From the IMG/VR virus record IMGVR_UViG_3300045988_167927: a stretch of 28,251 nt of DNA. The stretch is one strand, 5' to 3'. The notes under the pieces were generated by a model, which saw nothing but the letters and a program-made list of their open reading frames with translations, did no database searches and was not told where the DNA came from. The DNA is from a virus. Position 1 is the stretch's first letter. Each line of letters begins with the position of its first letter. Below are positions 1 to 7,065 of the stretch, piece by piece. Position numbers and translations under genes: made by a program.

Positions 1-55
1 TAGAGCGTCTGAACGCCTTAAAAACGCTTAAAAGCGATTTGGGCGATGCGTACCA
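1..55. repeat. Terminal overlap, identical to 28197-28251 (circular-contig signature)
   Basis: Exact 55-nt identity, tagagcgtctgaacgcc...gatgcgtacca, at both window ends. Confidence 0.95.
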
Positions 56-131
56 AAGGTTGAATACCGTACAGTTCGAACGAATCTATAGCGAACTCTT
101 AACCGAGTTGAACGAACGACTGAAACTTTAA
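1..131 (+). CDS. 3' part of a hypothetical helical/coiled-coil protein whose ORF crosses the circular junction (starts at 28007)
   Basis: The frame is continuous from 28007 through 28251 into 1-131, with stop TAA at 129-131. Positions 1-55 duplicate 28197-28251. Translation reads ...ILERLNALKTLKSDLGDAYQRLNTVQFERIYSELLTELNERLKL*. Confidence 0.5.
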   Translation, partial: ERLNALKTLKSDLGDAYQRLNTVQFERIYSELLTELNERLKL

Positions 132-183
132 CTCATATTTCGTTGAAAAATACCTTTTAAGTAAATTTTGTAATTTTTTCCAA

Positions 184-224
184 ACACAGGTGTCTGTGAA
201 GATTGTACTGTGTTTTTTTTTTTT
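184..224 (+). terminator. Rho-independent terminator after the junction-spanning ORF
   Basis: Stem ACACAG (184-189) / CTGTGT (208-213) followed by a run of about 12 T. It abuts the integrase stop codon on the opposite strand. Confidence 0.6.
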
Positions 225-1356
225 ATTTGAATTTCGACATTACACCCTTTACGACATCGCTCTCAACAAGATGTGTGTAAACCCCCAACGTCATTTTAAC
301 CGAGGAATGCCCCAAGCACTTCTGAACAATAGTAGCATCAACGCCTAATCGTATCAACTTGGTGGCATAGTAGTGGCGACATTTATGGAATGTCACCTTT
401 GTCTTAACTTGACAAACACCTGCTATAACTTTCAAGAACTGATTTCCTTTCTGATTTGAAATCACTGGTAACTCGTAGTTGTACTTCTTCAAGACCTCAA
501 TGCCGTCAGGCAGTACAACAGAGTAGAACCTTACTCCTGTTTTCTGTCTGCACTTAGTCACAACAACATTACCGTCTACTGTGGCGGTGAAATCATCTTT
601 AGTCAACGACTTTAAATCAGAGTACGATATACCGCTGTTACAGCAAAAGACAAACAAATCTCTCATTCTGTTCAAATGGGGGTATAGAAAGTCTCTATCC
701 CGAATGTCCCTGTAGTCGTCGTCAGTGAACAGTTCAATCTCTACCTTTACCTTTTCAATCTTGATGCCGTCAAACAGATGCTCCATATCCGAAAATCTCA
801 AACAACTCTTCAACTTAATCATATACTTCTCCGCTGTGTTGACAGACATTGCCCTTTTGAGATTCGTATAGTATGCCCTTATATCATCTACGCTCAAATC
901 ATCTACACTCTTGTCGTTTCCTATAAAGGAGCAGAATCGGTCTCTGCATAGTGTGTACTTGCTGTATGTCGACAACTCTATATCCACTCCGACCTTGACT
1001 CTCAACGTAGCGAGATACCTGTTCCACAACTCCAAGACAGTTTCGCTCCTTGTCTCTCCAGTGCCGAACAGTTCAGACTTTATGCCGTCCACCGTAACGG
1101 CGAGTGATTTGGTCGTTAGTGATAACACAGCGTCGTTGACCTTTGCGTACCAAAGTGCGCAGAACTCCCTCGTAGCGTTCATTCTCTTGGACGATGTCTG
1201 CCTCTTGAAAATGTCAGGTCTTTCCTTTCTCGGAAGTGCCACATACTTGCGCTCTCCGCATACATTGATGCTCAACTCAATCGGGGCGAGTCCCTGTCTG
1301 TTTGTTTTCGATGCCCTACAATAAAAACCTACGTTGAATGTCTGTCTTTGATTCAT
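223..1356 (-). CDS. int: Tyrosine recombinase / phage integrase (Bacteroidota type with N-terminal arm-binding domain)
   Basis: 377 aa. The N-terminus FNVGFYCRASKTNRQGLAPIELSINVCGERKY resembles the Bacteroides integrase arm-binding domain. The C-terminus HKCRHYYATKLIRLGVDATIVQKCLGHSSVKMTLGVYTH carries the H-x-x-R ... H ... Y catalytic signature. Confidence 0.93.
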   Translation of the reverse strand: MNQRQTFNVGFYCRASKTNRQGLAPIELSINVCGERKYVALPRKERPDIFKRQTSSKRMNATREFCALWYAKVNDAVLSLTTKSLAVTVDGIKSELFGTGETRSETVLELWNRYLATLRVKVGVDIELSTYSKYTLCRDRFCSFIGNDKSVDDLSVDDIRAYYTNLKRAMSVNTAEKYMIKLKSCLRFSDMEHLFDGIKIEKVKVEIELFTDDDYRDIRDRDFLYPHLNRMRDLFVFCCNSGISYSDLKSLTKDDFTATVDGNVVVTKCRQKTGVRFYSVVLPDGIEVLKKYNYELPVISNQKGNQFLKVIAGVCQVKTKVTFHKCRHYYATKLIRLGVDATIVQKCLGHSSVKMTLGVYTHLVESDVVKGVMSKFK

Positions 1357-1382
1357 TTGTTTTAATTGATTTAAATGTTAAT

Positions 1383-1631
1383 TAAATAGAGACTGATTTA
1401 GACAAGTAATTGATTTATAGGTGGTAAATGAATCCGTCAACGCCCACAAAAACAAGTCAAACCTTATCAGACCTCGACGCAGAGACTGTGTCGGGGTTTT
1501 CTGTTTCGTAATGTGGTGATTAAATCGAGACTGTCTCAATCAAGGTCTAAATCGGTCTCAAATCGTTATTCCAAAGATAGCGATTATTGTCTGTTTGGAA
1601 AAGTTAAAAATGTTTAAATCGGTGGTGAGAC
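1383..1631. promoter_or_regulatory. Cluster of short repeats upstream of int (candidate attP arm sites or operators)
   Basis: TAAAT(A/C)G occurs at 1383, 1521, 1548 and 1615. GAGACTG occurs at 1389, 1482 and 1527. The inverted repeat GAGAC-T-GTCTC lies at 1527-1537, with further GTCTC/GAGAC copies at 1554 and 1627. No ORF of 60 aa or more is present. Confidence 0.35.
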
Positions 1632-1719
1632 GATGCCCATGAAGTCGTAAATACTACTCTGCTAACAACAAAAAAGTTTTTGTAGATTTTAAACTAATAA
1701 GTTAAAAAAAAATTAGTCT

Positions 1720-2241
1720 ATGTTTACAGAAAAAGAACTTGAGAGCGAAAAGTGGAAAGAGATAGACGGTTATGATGGTATGTACCAAGTAAGCGACTTG
1801 GGCAGGGTTAGGTCATTGAAATTTGGAAAGGTGAGAGTGTTGAGGGATGGAAAGAATCGGGACGGATATTTGACTATAACACTTAACAAGGATAGAAAGA
1901 AAAAGAGCGTATATGTTCACCGATTAGTAGCACAGGCGTTCATACCTAATGACGATGAGAGCAAGATATACATCAATCACATTGATGAATGTAAGCAAAA
2001 TAACCGTATGGGCAATCTCGAATACTGTACGGCACAATATAATATAACCTATAATGACTTACAGTTTCGTAAAAAGAATAGTAAACGCCGTAAACTCAAA
2101 GACCTCTACAATCCATACCTGTCAATCAAACAGAACCTTGAAATCTTCAAGGAAAATGGTATTGAATGCTCTGCACAAACTGTAATTAGACTCCGTAAAG
2201 ACCTCGGTATAACGAGAAAACACACTAAACAGAATCCGTAG
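1720..2241 (+). CDS. HNH homing endonuclease with N-terminal NUMOD4-like motif
   Basis: WKEIDGYDGMYQVSDLGRVRS is NUMOD4-like. HRLVAQAFIPN...INHIDECKQNNRMGNLEYCT matches an HNH_3-type core. The basic C-terminal tail has an HTH-like segment (SAQTVIRLRKDLGI). Confidence 0.85.
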   Translation: MFTEKELESEKWKEIDGYDGMYQVSDLGRVRSLKFGKVRVLRDGKNRDGYLTITLNKDRKKKSVYVHRLVAQAFIPNDDESKIYINHIDECKQNNRMGNLEYCTAQYNITYNDLQFRKKNSKRRKLKDLYNPYLSIKQNLEIFKENGIECSAQTVIRLRKDLGITRKHTKQNP

Positions 2242-2243
2242 CG

Positions 2244-2260
2244 AAAAGCGTACCGCATAG
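2244..2260 (+). promoter_or_regulatory. Conserved intergenic motif AAAAGCGTACCGCATAG (copy 1 of 3 exact)
   Basis: The 16-nt core is identical at 2244, 7016 and 16995. Each copy lies just after a stop codon and 50-95 nt upstream of the next + strand start. Confidence 0.5.
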
Positions 2261-2346
2261 CAGGAAGCAAACTGAAAAATTCAGACAACTATACGTTGTT
2301 TTTTCTGGTAATATATAGTATATATTATATAGAAGAACAACGTAAA

Positions 2347-2820
2347 ATGAATAGAGACGGAAATTTCCAATGCGACATAGCATCGAAGCAGAGGGTTATG
2401 GAAGCGATGCGAGATGCCTACGCCCCAAACATATTCACCTACGAAATAGACCCCGACCCCTACGCAAAAATAGATTGTCTGGCAATCGGTATAACCAAGA
2501 ATGGAAAGACCATACACTACGCCATAGAGTGTAAACAGCGTAACTTCACACCAAGCAAGTACAATACATATTACTGTGAACCGTCAAAATATGCCACACT
2601 CAACTGGGCGAGATTATACGATAATGTTGATAGGGCGTTGATAGCGAACGAGTTCAGTGACGGAACGATACTGCTGTGGAACGTAAACGACCTCGACCCG
2701 AACGATACAGAAGATGTTAGGATAGCGAGAACAACAGTGGGGATAGGCGACTACCTGTCACAGAAAATCGAACAGAGACGAATCTTAATGCACAAGGAAA
2801 AAGCGATTAGAATAAAATGA
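2347..2820 (+). CDS. Hypothetical protein, possible PD-(D/E)xK nuclease fold
   Basis: The listed ORF 2296-2820 begins at a TTG, so the ATG at 2347 is preferred. The motif KIDCLAIGITKNGKTIHYAIECKQR fits D-x17-E-x-K. The stop overlaps the next start (ATGA at 2817). Confidence 0.55.
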   Translation: MNRDGNFQCDIASKQRVMEAMRDAYAPNIFTYEIDPDPYAKIDCLAIGITKNGKTIHYAIECKQRNFTPSKYNTYYCEPSKYATLNWARLYDNVDRALIANEFSDGTILLWNVNDLDPNDTEDVRIARTTVGIGDYLSQKIEQRRILMHKEKAIRIK

Positions 2821-3140
2821 CGAACGCACAAATCATTAACGAGATAGCAAACGCTCACCTGATAGAGGAAATCATTCAGGGCGTAAGTTATAGTAAATTT
2901 GAAAATCCCGAAAACCTCAAAGACCTCGCTCAAGACATCTACCTACAACTTTTACAGATGGACAACACCAAGATAAACGAGTTATATTTTAAAAAGCAGT
3001 TGCGTTTTTGGATAACGAGAATTATCACCAACAATATTCATTCCAAGACCTCTCCATATTACTACCAGTATAAGAAAGAACAGAGGCAGAGTTTAAGCAT
3101 AGACGAGATAGACACAGACAATGAGAGACATAGAGATTGA
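2817..3140 (+). CDS. ECF-type sigma factor, region-2-like half
   Basis: LKDLAQDIYLQLLQMD...LRFWITRIITNNIHS resembles sigma-70 region 2.1-2.4 of ECF sigmas. The ORF ends within the expected region 2-4 linker. Confidence 0.6.
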   Translation: MTNAQIINEIANAHLIEEIIQGVSYSKFENPENLKDLAQDIYLQLLQMDNTKINELYFKKQLRFWITRIITNNIHSKTSPYYYQYKKEQRQSLSIDEIDTDNERHRD

Positions 3141-3351
3141 TATATTTCAAGATACAGATAGAAAGGTGGCACTATTAAATGCCATAGGTCACCTGACAGA
3201 GGCAGACAGAAGAATCCTATACTTATACGCAGAGACAGCGTCAATGAGAGAGACTGGAAAGGCGTTGGGTGTTTCGGCCTCCACTGTTTACTACATCATC
3301 AAGAGAATAAGGCAAGAACTCAAAGATAAACTAAATCAATATGATTACTAA
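3121..3351 (+). CDS. ECF-type sigma factor, region-4-like half (HTH)
   Basis: LTEADRRILYLYAETASMRETGKALGVSASTVYYIIKRIRQELKDKL is a typical sigma region 4 / LuxR-type HTH. It overlaps the previous ORF by 20 nt in the +1 frame. Confidence 0.65.
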   Translation: MRDIEIDIFQDTDRKVALLNAIGHLTEADRRILYLYAETASMRETGKALGVSASTVYYIIKRIRQELKDKLNQYDY

Positions 3352-3655
3352 TTTAATACTCATACAATTAATCGTAGTTATCATCATCGACATCAGTGGA
3401 ATCGTCCAAAGCGTAGAGAACGCTATAGCGAGGGCATTGAAACTAAAGAGCGTAAGCATACACCTTATAGAGTGTTCGTTTTGTATTAATCATTGGGTTG
3501 GGTTACTGTACCTACTGCTTACAGGTTCTCTATCTTTAGAGACATACTGTTTTGTTCTAATCCTTTGCTTTCTAACGAGTGTGACCAAGGAACTGTTATG
3601 GACGGTGAGGGATTTCTTCATCTATCTAATCAGACTTGTTAACAGACTGTTTTGA
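3341..3655 (+). CDS. Small integral membrane protein
   Basis: 104 aa with about three hydrophobic segments (LILIQLIVVIIIDISGIV, WVGLLYLLLTGSL, YCFVLILCFLTSV). Confidence 0.55.
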   Translation: MITNLILIQLIVVIIIDISGIVQSVENAIARALKLKSVSIHLIECSFCINHWVGLLYLLLTGSLSLETYCFVLILCFLTSVTKELLWTVRDFFIYLIRLVNRLF

Positions 3656-3694
3656 AAAATCAAATAATTAAATTATATATTTTTATTAAACATT

Positions 3695-4015
3695 ATGAAT
3701 AAATTGACAAAATCAGATATTGAGAGACTTAAACCACTTGAACCTTATTTTCTCCAAGTCAAGGAAAAGTATAAACGAGCAAGTGCTTTGAGCGAGGATA
3801 TGCTTGTGAGCGAATACTACAAGAAACTGACAGGCAAGAAAGAGAATAACTTCGCTTGCAATCAGTGCGTATTCAAAATCTATAAGACAGTAGGCGAGGC
3901 GTACTGGAAGGCACTAAAGGAAACCGAGACAAAGACCACTACAGACAATAAACCCAAAGCAGTAAAAAAGACAAAGACCAATGACAGACGAAGAACTAAG
4001 ACAAAAAAAGAGTGA
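3695..4015 (+). CDS. Hypothetical protein with K/T-rich basic tail
   Basis: 106-aa ORF with an ATG start and a coding-like composition. No recognisable motif. Confidence 0.5.
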   Translation: MNKLTKSDIERLKPLEPYFLQVKEKYKRASALSEDMLVSEYYKKLTGKKENNFACNQCVFKIYKTVGEAYWKALKETETKTTTDNKPKAVKKTKTNDRRRTKTKKE

Positions 4016-4406
4016 CGGTGGAAAACTCCGTAGAGATGCAAACAACGCTCGTTATTCCAATGCTTCATCTATGGCACTGTCGCTGTTAAGAATGAACTAT
4101 GACTACGATTATATCATAGAACGCTTGAAAGATGAGTTTGACTATACTGACAACAGTGCCAAGAAAGTGTTAGACAAGAACAAGCGCAAATTGAAGAATA
4201 GCGTAGAAAAGAAGATAGACAAGATGGCGGAAGATAACATCAACCGTATAGAGGCCATTATAGACGAGTGTTATGAGCAGAGGAAATACACCGACGCTCT
4301 CAAGGCAATCGATATGCTGAACAAGATGGGAGGTCAATACACACAGAAACTCGATATAAACGGAAACCTCAACCAAGAGTTTACGATTAAAATCAGAGAG
4401 GATTGA
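3981..4406 (+). CDS. Hypothetical protein, possible small terminase subunit (by position only)
   Basis: 141 aa, charged and helical, immediately upstream of the large terminase. Confidence 0.35.
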   Translation: MTDEELRQKKSDGGKLRRDANNARYSNASSMALSLLRMNYDYDYIIERLKDEFDYTDNSAKKVLDKNKRKLKNSVEKKIDKMAEDNINRIEAIIDECYEQRKYTDALKAIDMLNKMGGQYTQKLDINGNLNQEFTIKIRED

Positions 4407-4425
4407 TTAAATCAGATGAAATAAA

Positions 4426-5640
4426 ATGGATATAGTATTCCCCAAAATATACGCACATCAACGAGCAGTCTACGACGCTGTCATAAACGACAACGGCGTA
4501 GGGGGAGACTATGTCGTAAAATCAAAGCGACAGTGCGGAAAGTCGTTCATTGCATCTCTAATTTTAATCTACTTTTCGTTGAACAAGAGAGACACAGTAT
4601 CTATGCTGATAGAACCGACCCTCAACCAGTCAAGGCGAATGTTCAAGGACATAACAAAGATGTTAGAGGGTAGCAATATCATCACAAACGCAAACCAGTC
4701 TCTGTTAACTATAGATTTCATCAACGGCAGTGAATTAATCTTCAAAAGTGCCGAACAGTTCGACGCTATCCGAGGTTACAGTGTCAGTGGCATTTTAATC
4801 ATTGACGAGGGTGCCTACATTCGGGACGATGTGTATGAGATACTATTTCCTGTGCGAGATGCGCATAACGCACCTATGCTCATTATATCAACTCCTTTGT
4901 TCTGTGATGGGTATTTCTACAGGTTGTACAAGTCAAGTAATTCCACCGTATTCGACTGGTGTAAGTACGATACTTCAATGTTCCTGTCCGATGAGAAACT
5001 TGAGCAGTACCGCAGTACTCTTAGCGAGTTGAAGTTCAGGAGCGAGTATTTGGGGCAGTTCATCACCGATGGTGGATATGTGTTCCGCAACATTACAAAC
5101 TGTGTATTGAGCGATTCAATCGTTAAGGGCGAACCTGTGGTGTGCGGTATAGACTGGGCGGTAGGAAACGATGGTGACGATACAGTGCTTTCGCTCCTCG
5201 ACGCAAACGCTAACGCCGTAGATTTCATACGCCTCAACAATATGTCTCCTGTTGAGCAGATAGACACTATCGTAAAAACCCTCAACAGTAGACCTACGCT
5301 CAAAAAGGTTGTGGTCGAGCAGAACTCCATAGGTAACGTCTATTTTGATATGCTCAAGCACAAGTACAGTAGACATTCTATCATCACCAAGTTCAACACA
5401 ACGAATGAGAGTAAGAGGCGTATCATAGAGCAGTTGGCCACAGCGTTTCAGAACGAGAATATACACATACAGAACGACAGGGAGTTAATCAACCAGTTAC
5501 AGCACTACGCCGTAGAAAAGACAGCGAAAGGTTACACATACAACGGACAGGGAGCGCATGACGATTACGTTATGTCTTTGGCAATGGCATACGATGCACT
5601 GACGGCAAAAAACAATTATTGTGTGTCATTCAAAAAATAA
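4426..5640 (+). CDS. terL: Terminase large subunit
   Basis: Walker A-like KSKRQCGKSF, Walker B ILIIDEGAY, and a C-terminal nuclease-type acidic motif GQGAHDDYVMSLAMAY. Confidence 0.9.
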   Translation: MDIVFPKIYAHQRAVYDAVINDNGVGGDYVVKSKRQCGKSFIASLILIYFSLNKRDTVSMLIEPTLNQSRRMFKDITKMLEGSNIITNANQSLLTIDFINGSELIFKSAEQFDAIRGYSVSGILIIDEGAYIRDDVYEILFPVRDAHNAPMLIISTPLFCDGYFYRLYKSSNSTVFDWCKYDTSMFLSDEKLEQYRSTLSELKFRSEYLGQFITDGGYVFRNITNCVLSDSIVKGEPVVCGIDWAVGNDGDDTVLSLLDANANAVDFIRLNNMSPVEQIDTIVKTLNSRPTLKKVVVEQNSIGNVYFDMLKHKYSRHSIITKFNTTNESKRRIIEQLATAFQNENIHIQNDRELINQLQHYAVEKTAKGYTYNGQGAHDDYVMSLAMAYDALTAKNNYCVSFKK

Positions 5641-5666
5641 AGATTAAATTATTTCAAATTGAATAA

Positions 5667-6281
5667 ATGAAGATAAAGGATAAATGGAGCGATGTCACTA
5701 TCGGCGAGTACGAGAGGATAGTGGACATCATAAAGGGTACAGACGATGAAATAGAGCGTCTGACTGGCGTTATAAGTGTTTTGAGCGGTGTGGACGAGGA
5801 CGAGATAGCGGATATGCCCATCGCAGAGATAGCGAGGATTGGGCAGAAACTTGACTTCCTCAACAGTTTCGACTTCAACCGTAACGCATCATACAAGAGT
5901 TTGGCCATAGACGGCGAGACACTTGTGCTGTCAACGAAAAATATGACTGTGGCGCAGTACGTCGACTTTCAGGCGACTTGGAACGCAGAGACCAAAGACC
6001 TCGCAAGAATCATATCTATATGCTATGTGCCGAAAGGGAAAATATACAATAAGGACTACGACATCGAGGAACTGATTGAGAAAATCCGAAACAATGTCAG
6101 CATCGACATGGCGAACAGTATTGGTTTTTTTTTGCTCAAACGGTTAAGCGGATTAACCAGTTTCACTCTACGCTTTTTGGGGGCGGTGAGCAGGTTGAGG
6201 GCGATGAAGACAGCACAGGCGATGACAGGGAAGAAGATGCCGTTGATAAAGCGTTTTCGCTATATTCTTGGTTTTCACTGA
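5667..6281 (+). CDS. Hypothetical structural protein, tail-assembly-chaperone-like; the -1 frame extends to 6427
   Basis: 204-aa frame-0 ORF. A T9 run at 6125-6133 sits within the overlap with a -1 frame that is open from 6080 to 6427. That frame ends in an ATGA overlap with the next gene. Confidence 0.6.
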   Translation: MKIKDKWSDVTIGEYERIVDIIKGTDDEIERLTGVISVLSGVDEDEIADMPIAEIARIGQKLDFLNSFDFNRNASYKSLAIDGETLVLSTKNMTVAQYVDFQATWNAETKDLARIISICYVPKGKIYNKDYDIEELIEKIRNNVSIDMANSIGFFLLKRLSGLTSFTLRFLGAVSRLRAMKTAQAMTGKKMPLIKRFRYILGFH

Positions 6282-6423
6282 TAGACACCTACTGCGAGAC
6301 TACGAGAGAGACGTTCGATGACGCTTGGCAGACAGAGATTAACTACTTCCTTACGGTGATAGAGTACGCAATGGAAAAGGGTAGAAAACAACTTGAAAGA
6401 CAGAGACAAATGAAACTACAACT

Positions 6424-6942
6424 ATGAGCAGTGTTGACAGATTAATCTCAAATGAGATACTACAGAACTTCCTTTCGACCCTAAACGAATACGCACAGAA
6501 AGCGAAGGAACTCTATAAGCGAAAGTTGACCGACAAGGAGATAAACGCCTCGTATAAACTGCTTAACAGCGTTGAGACTGTTGTGAGGCGGAATGACGAT
6601 GAATTTATAGTGACCATCAACCTTGAAGATTATTGGTACTATGTCGAGAATGGACGAGGGCCTGGAAAGTTTCCACCCATTGACAAGATATTAGAGTGGA
6701 TAAGGGTAAAACCAGTCATTCCGTACACAGACAGCAGAGGTCGTCTGCCAACCGAGGAACAACTTGCGTTCCTCATTGCGAGAAAGATAGCGAACGAGGG
6801 AACAGAGGGCAGAAAGGTATTGTTTGAAACCGTTGATGAGTTGAACAGACATTACCTGCCACTTCTACAAAAGGCACTGGACGACGACTTCGCCCGATTC
6901 TCATACGAGATAGACACATACATTGGTTCAATCAGAGTCTAA
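6424..6942 (+). CDS. Hypothetical virion protein, HK97 gp10-like (head-tail/tail completion)?
   Basis: YWYYVENGRGPGKFPP resembles the EfGT...PF motif of the gp10 family. Translationally coupled to the upstream gene. Confidence 0.45.
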   Translation: MSSVDRLISNEILQNFLSTLNEYAQKAKELYKRKLTDKEINASYKLLNSVETVVRRNDDEFIVTINLEDYWYYVENGRGPGKFPPIDKILEWIRVKPVIPYTDSRGRLPTEEQLAFLIARKIANEGTEGRKVLFETVDELNRHYLPLLQKALDDDFARFSYEIDTYIGSIRV

Positions 6943-7015
6943 TTCAAGGCCGAAAACTGTAAAGCATTAATATACAGCACCATTACGGTTCTATGCAGAC
7001 CTGAAAATAGATACT

Positions 7016-7032
7016 AAAAGCGTACCGCATAG
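7016..7032 (+). promoter_or_regulatory. Conserved intergenic motif AAAAGCGTACCGCATAG (copy 2)
   Basis: Exact copy, 50 nt upstream of the start at 7066. Confidence 0.5.
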
Positions 7033-7065
7033 ACAATTATATTTCAATTCAAATGAATTAAATCA

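Noticed and set aside
1-55. Biological direct terminal repeat or cos-type ends
   Set aside because: An exact 55-nt overlap interrupting an ORF is more simply explained as a circular-contig assembly overlap. It cannot be settled without reads.
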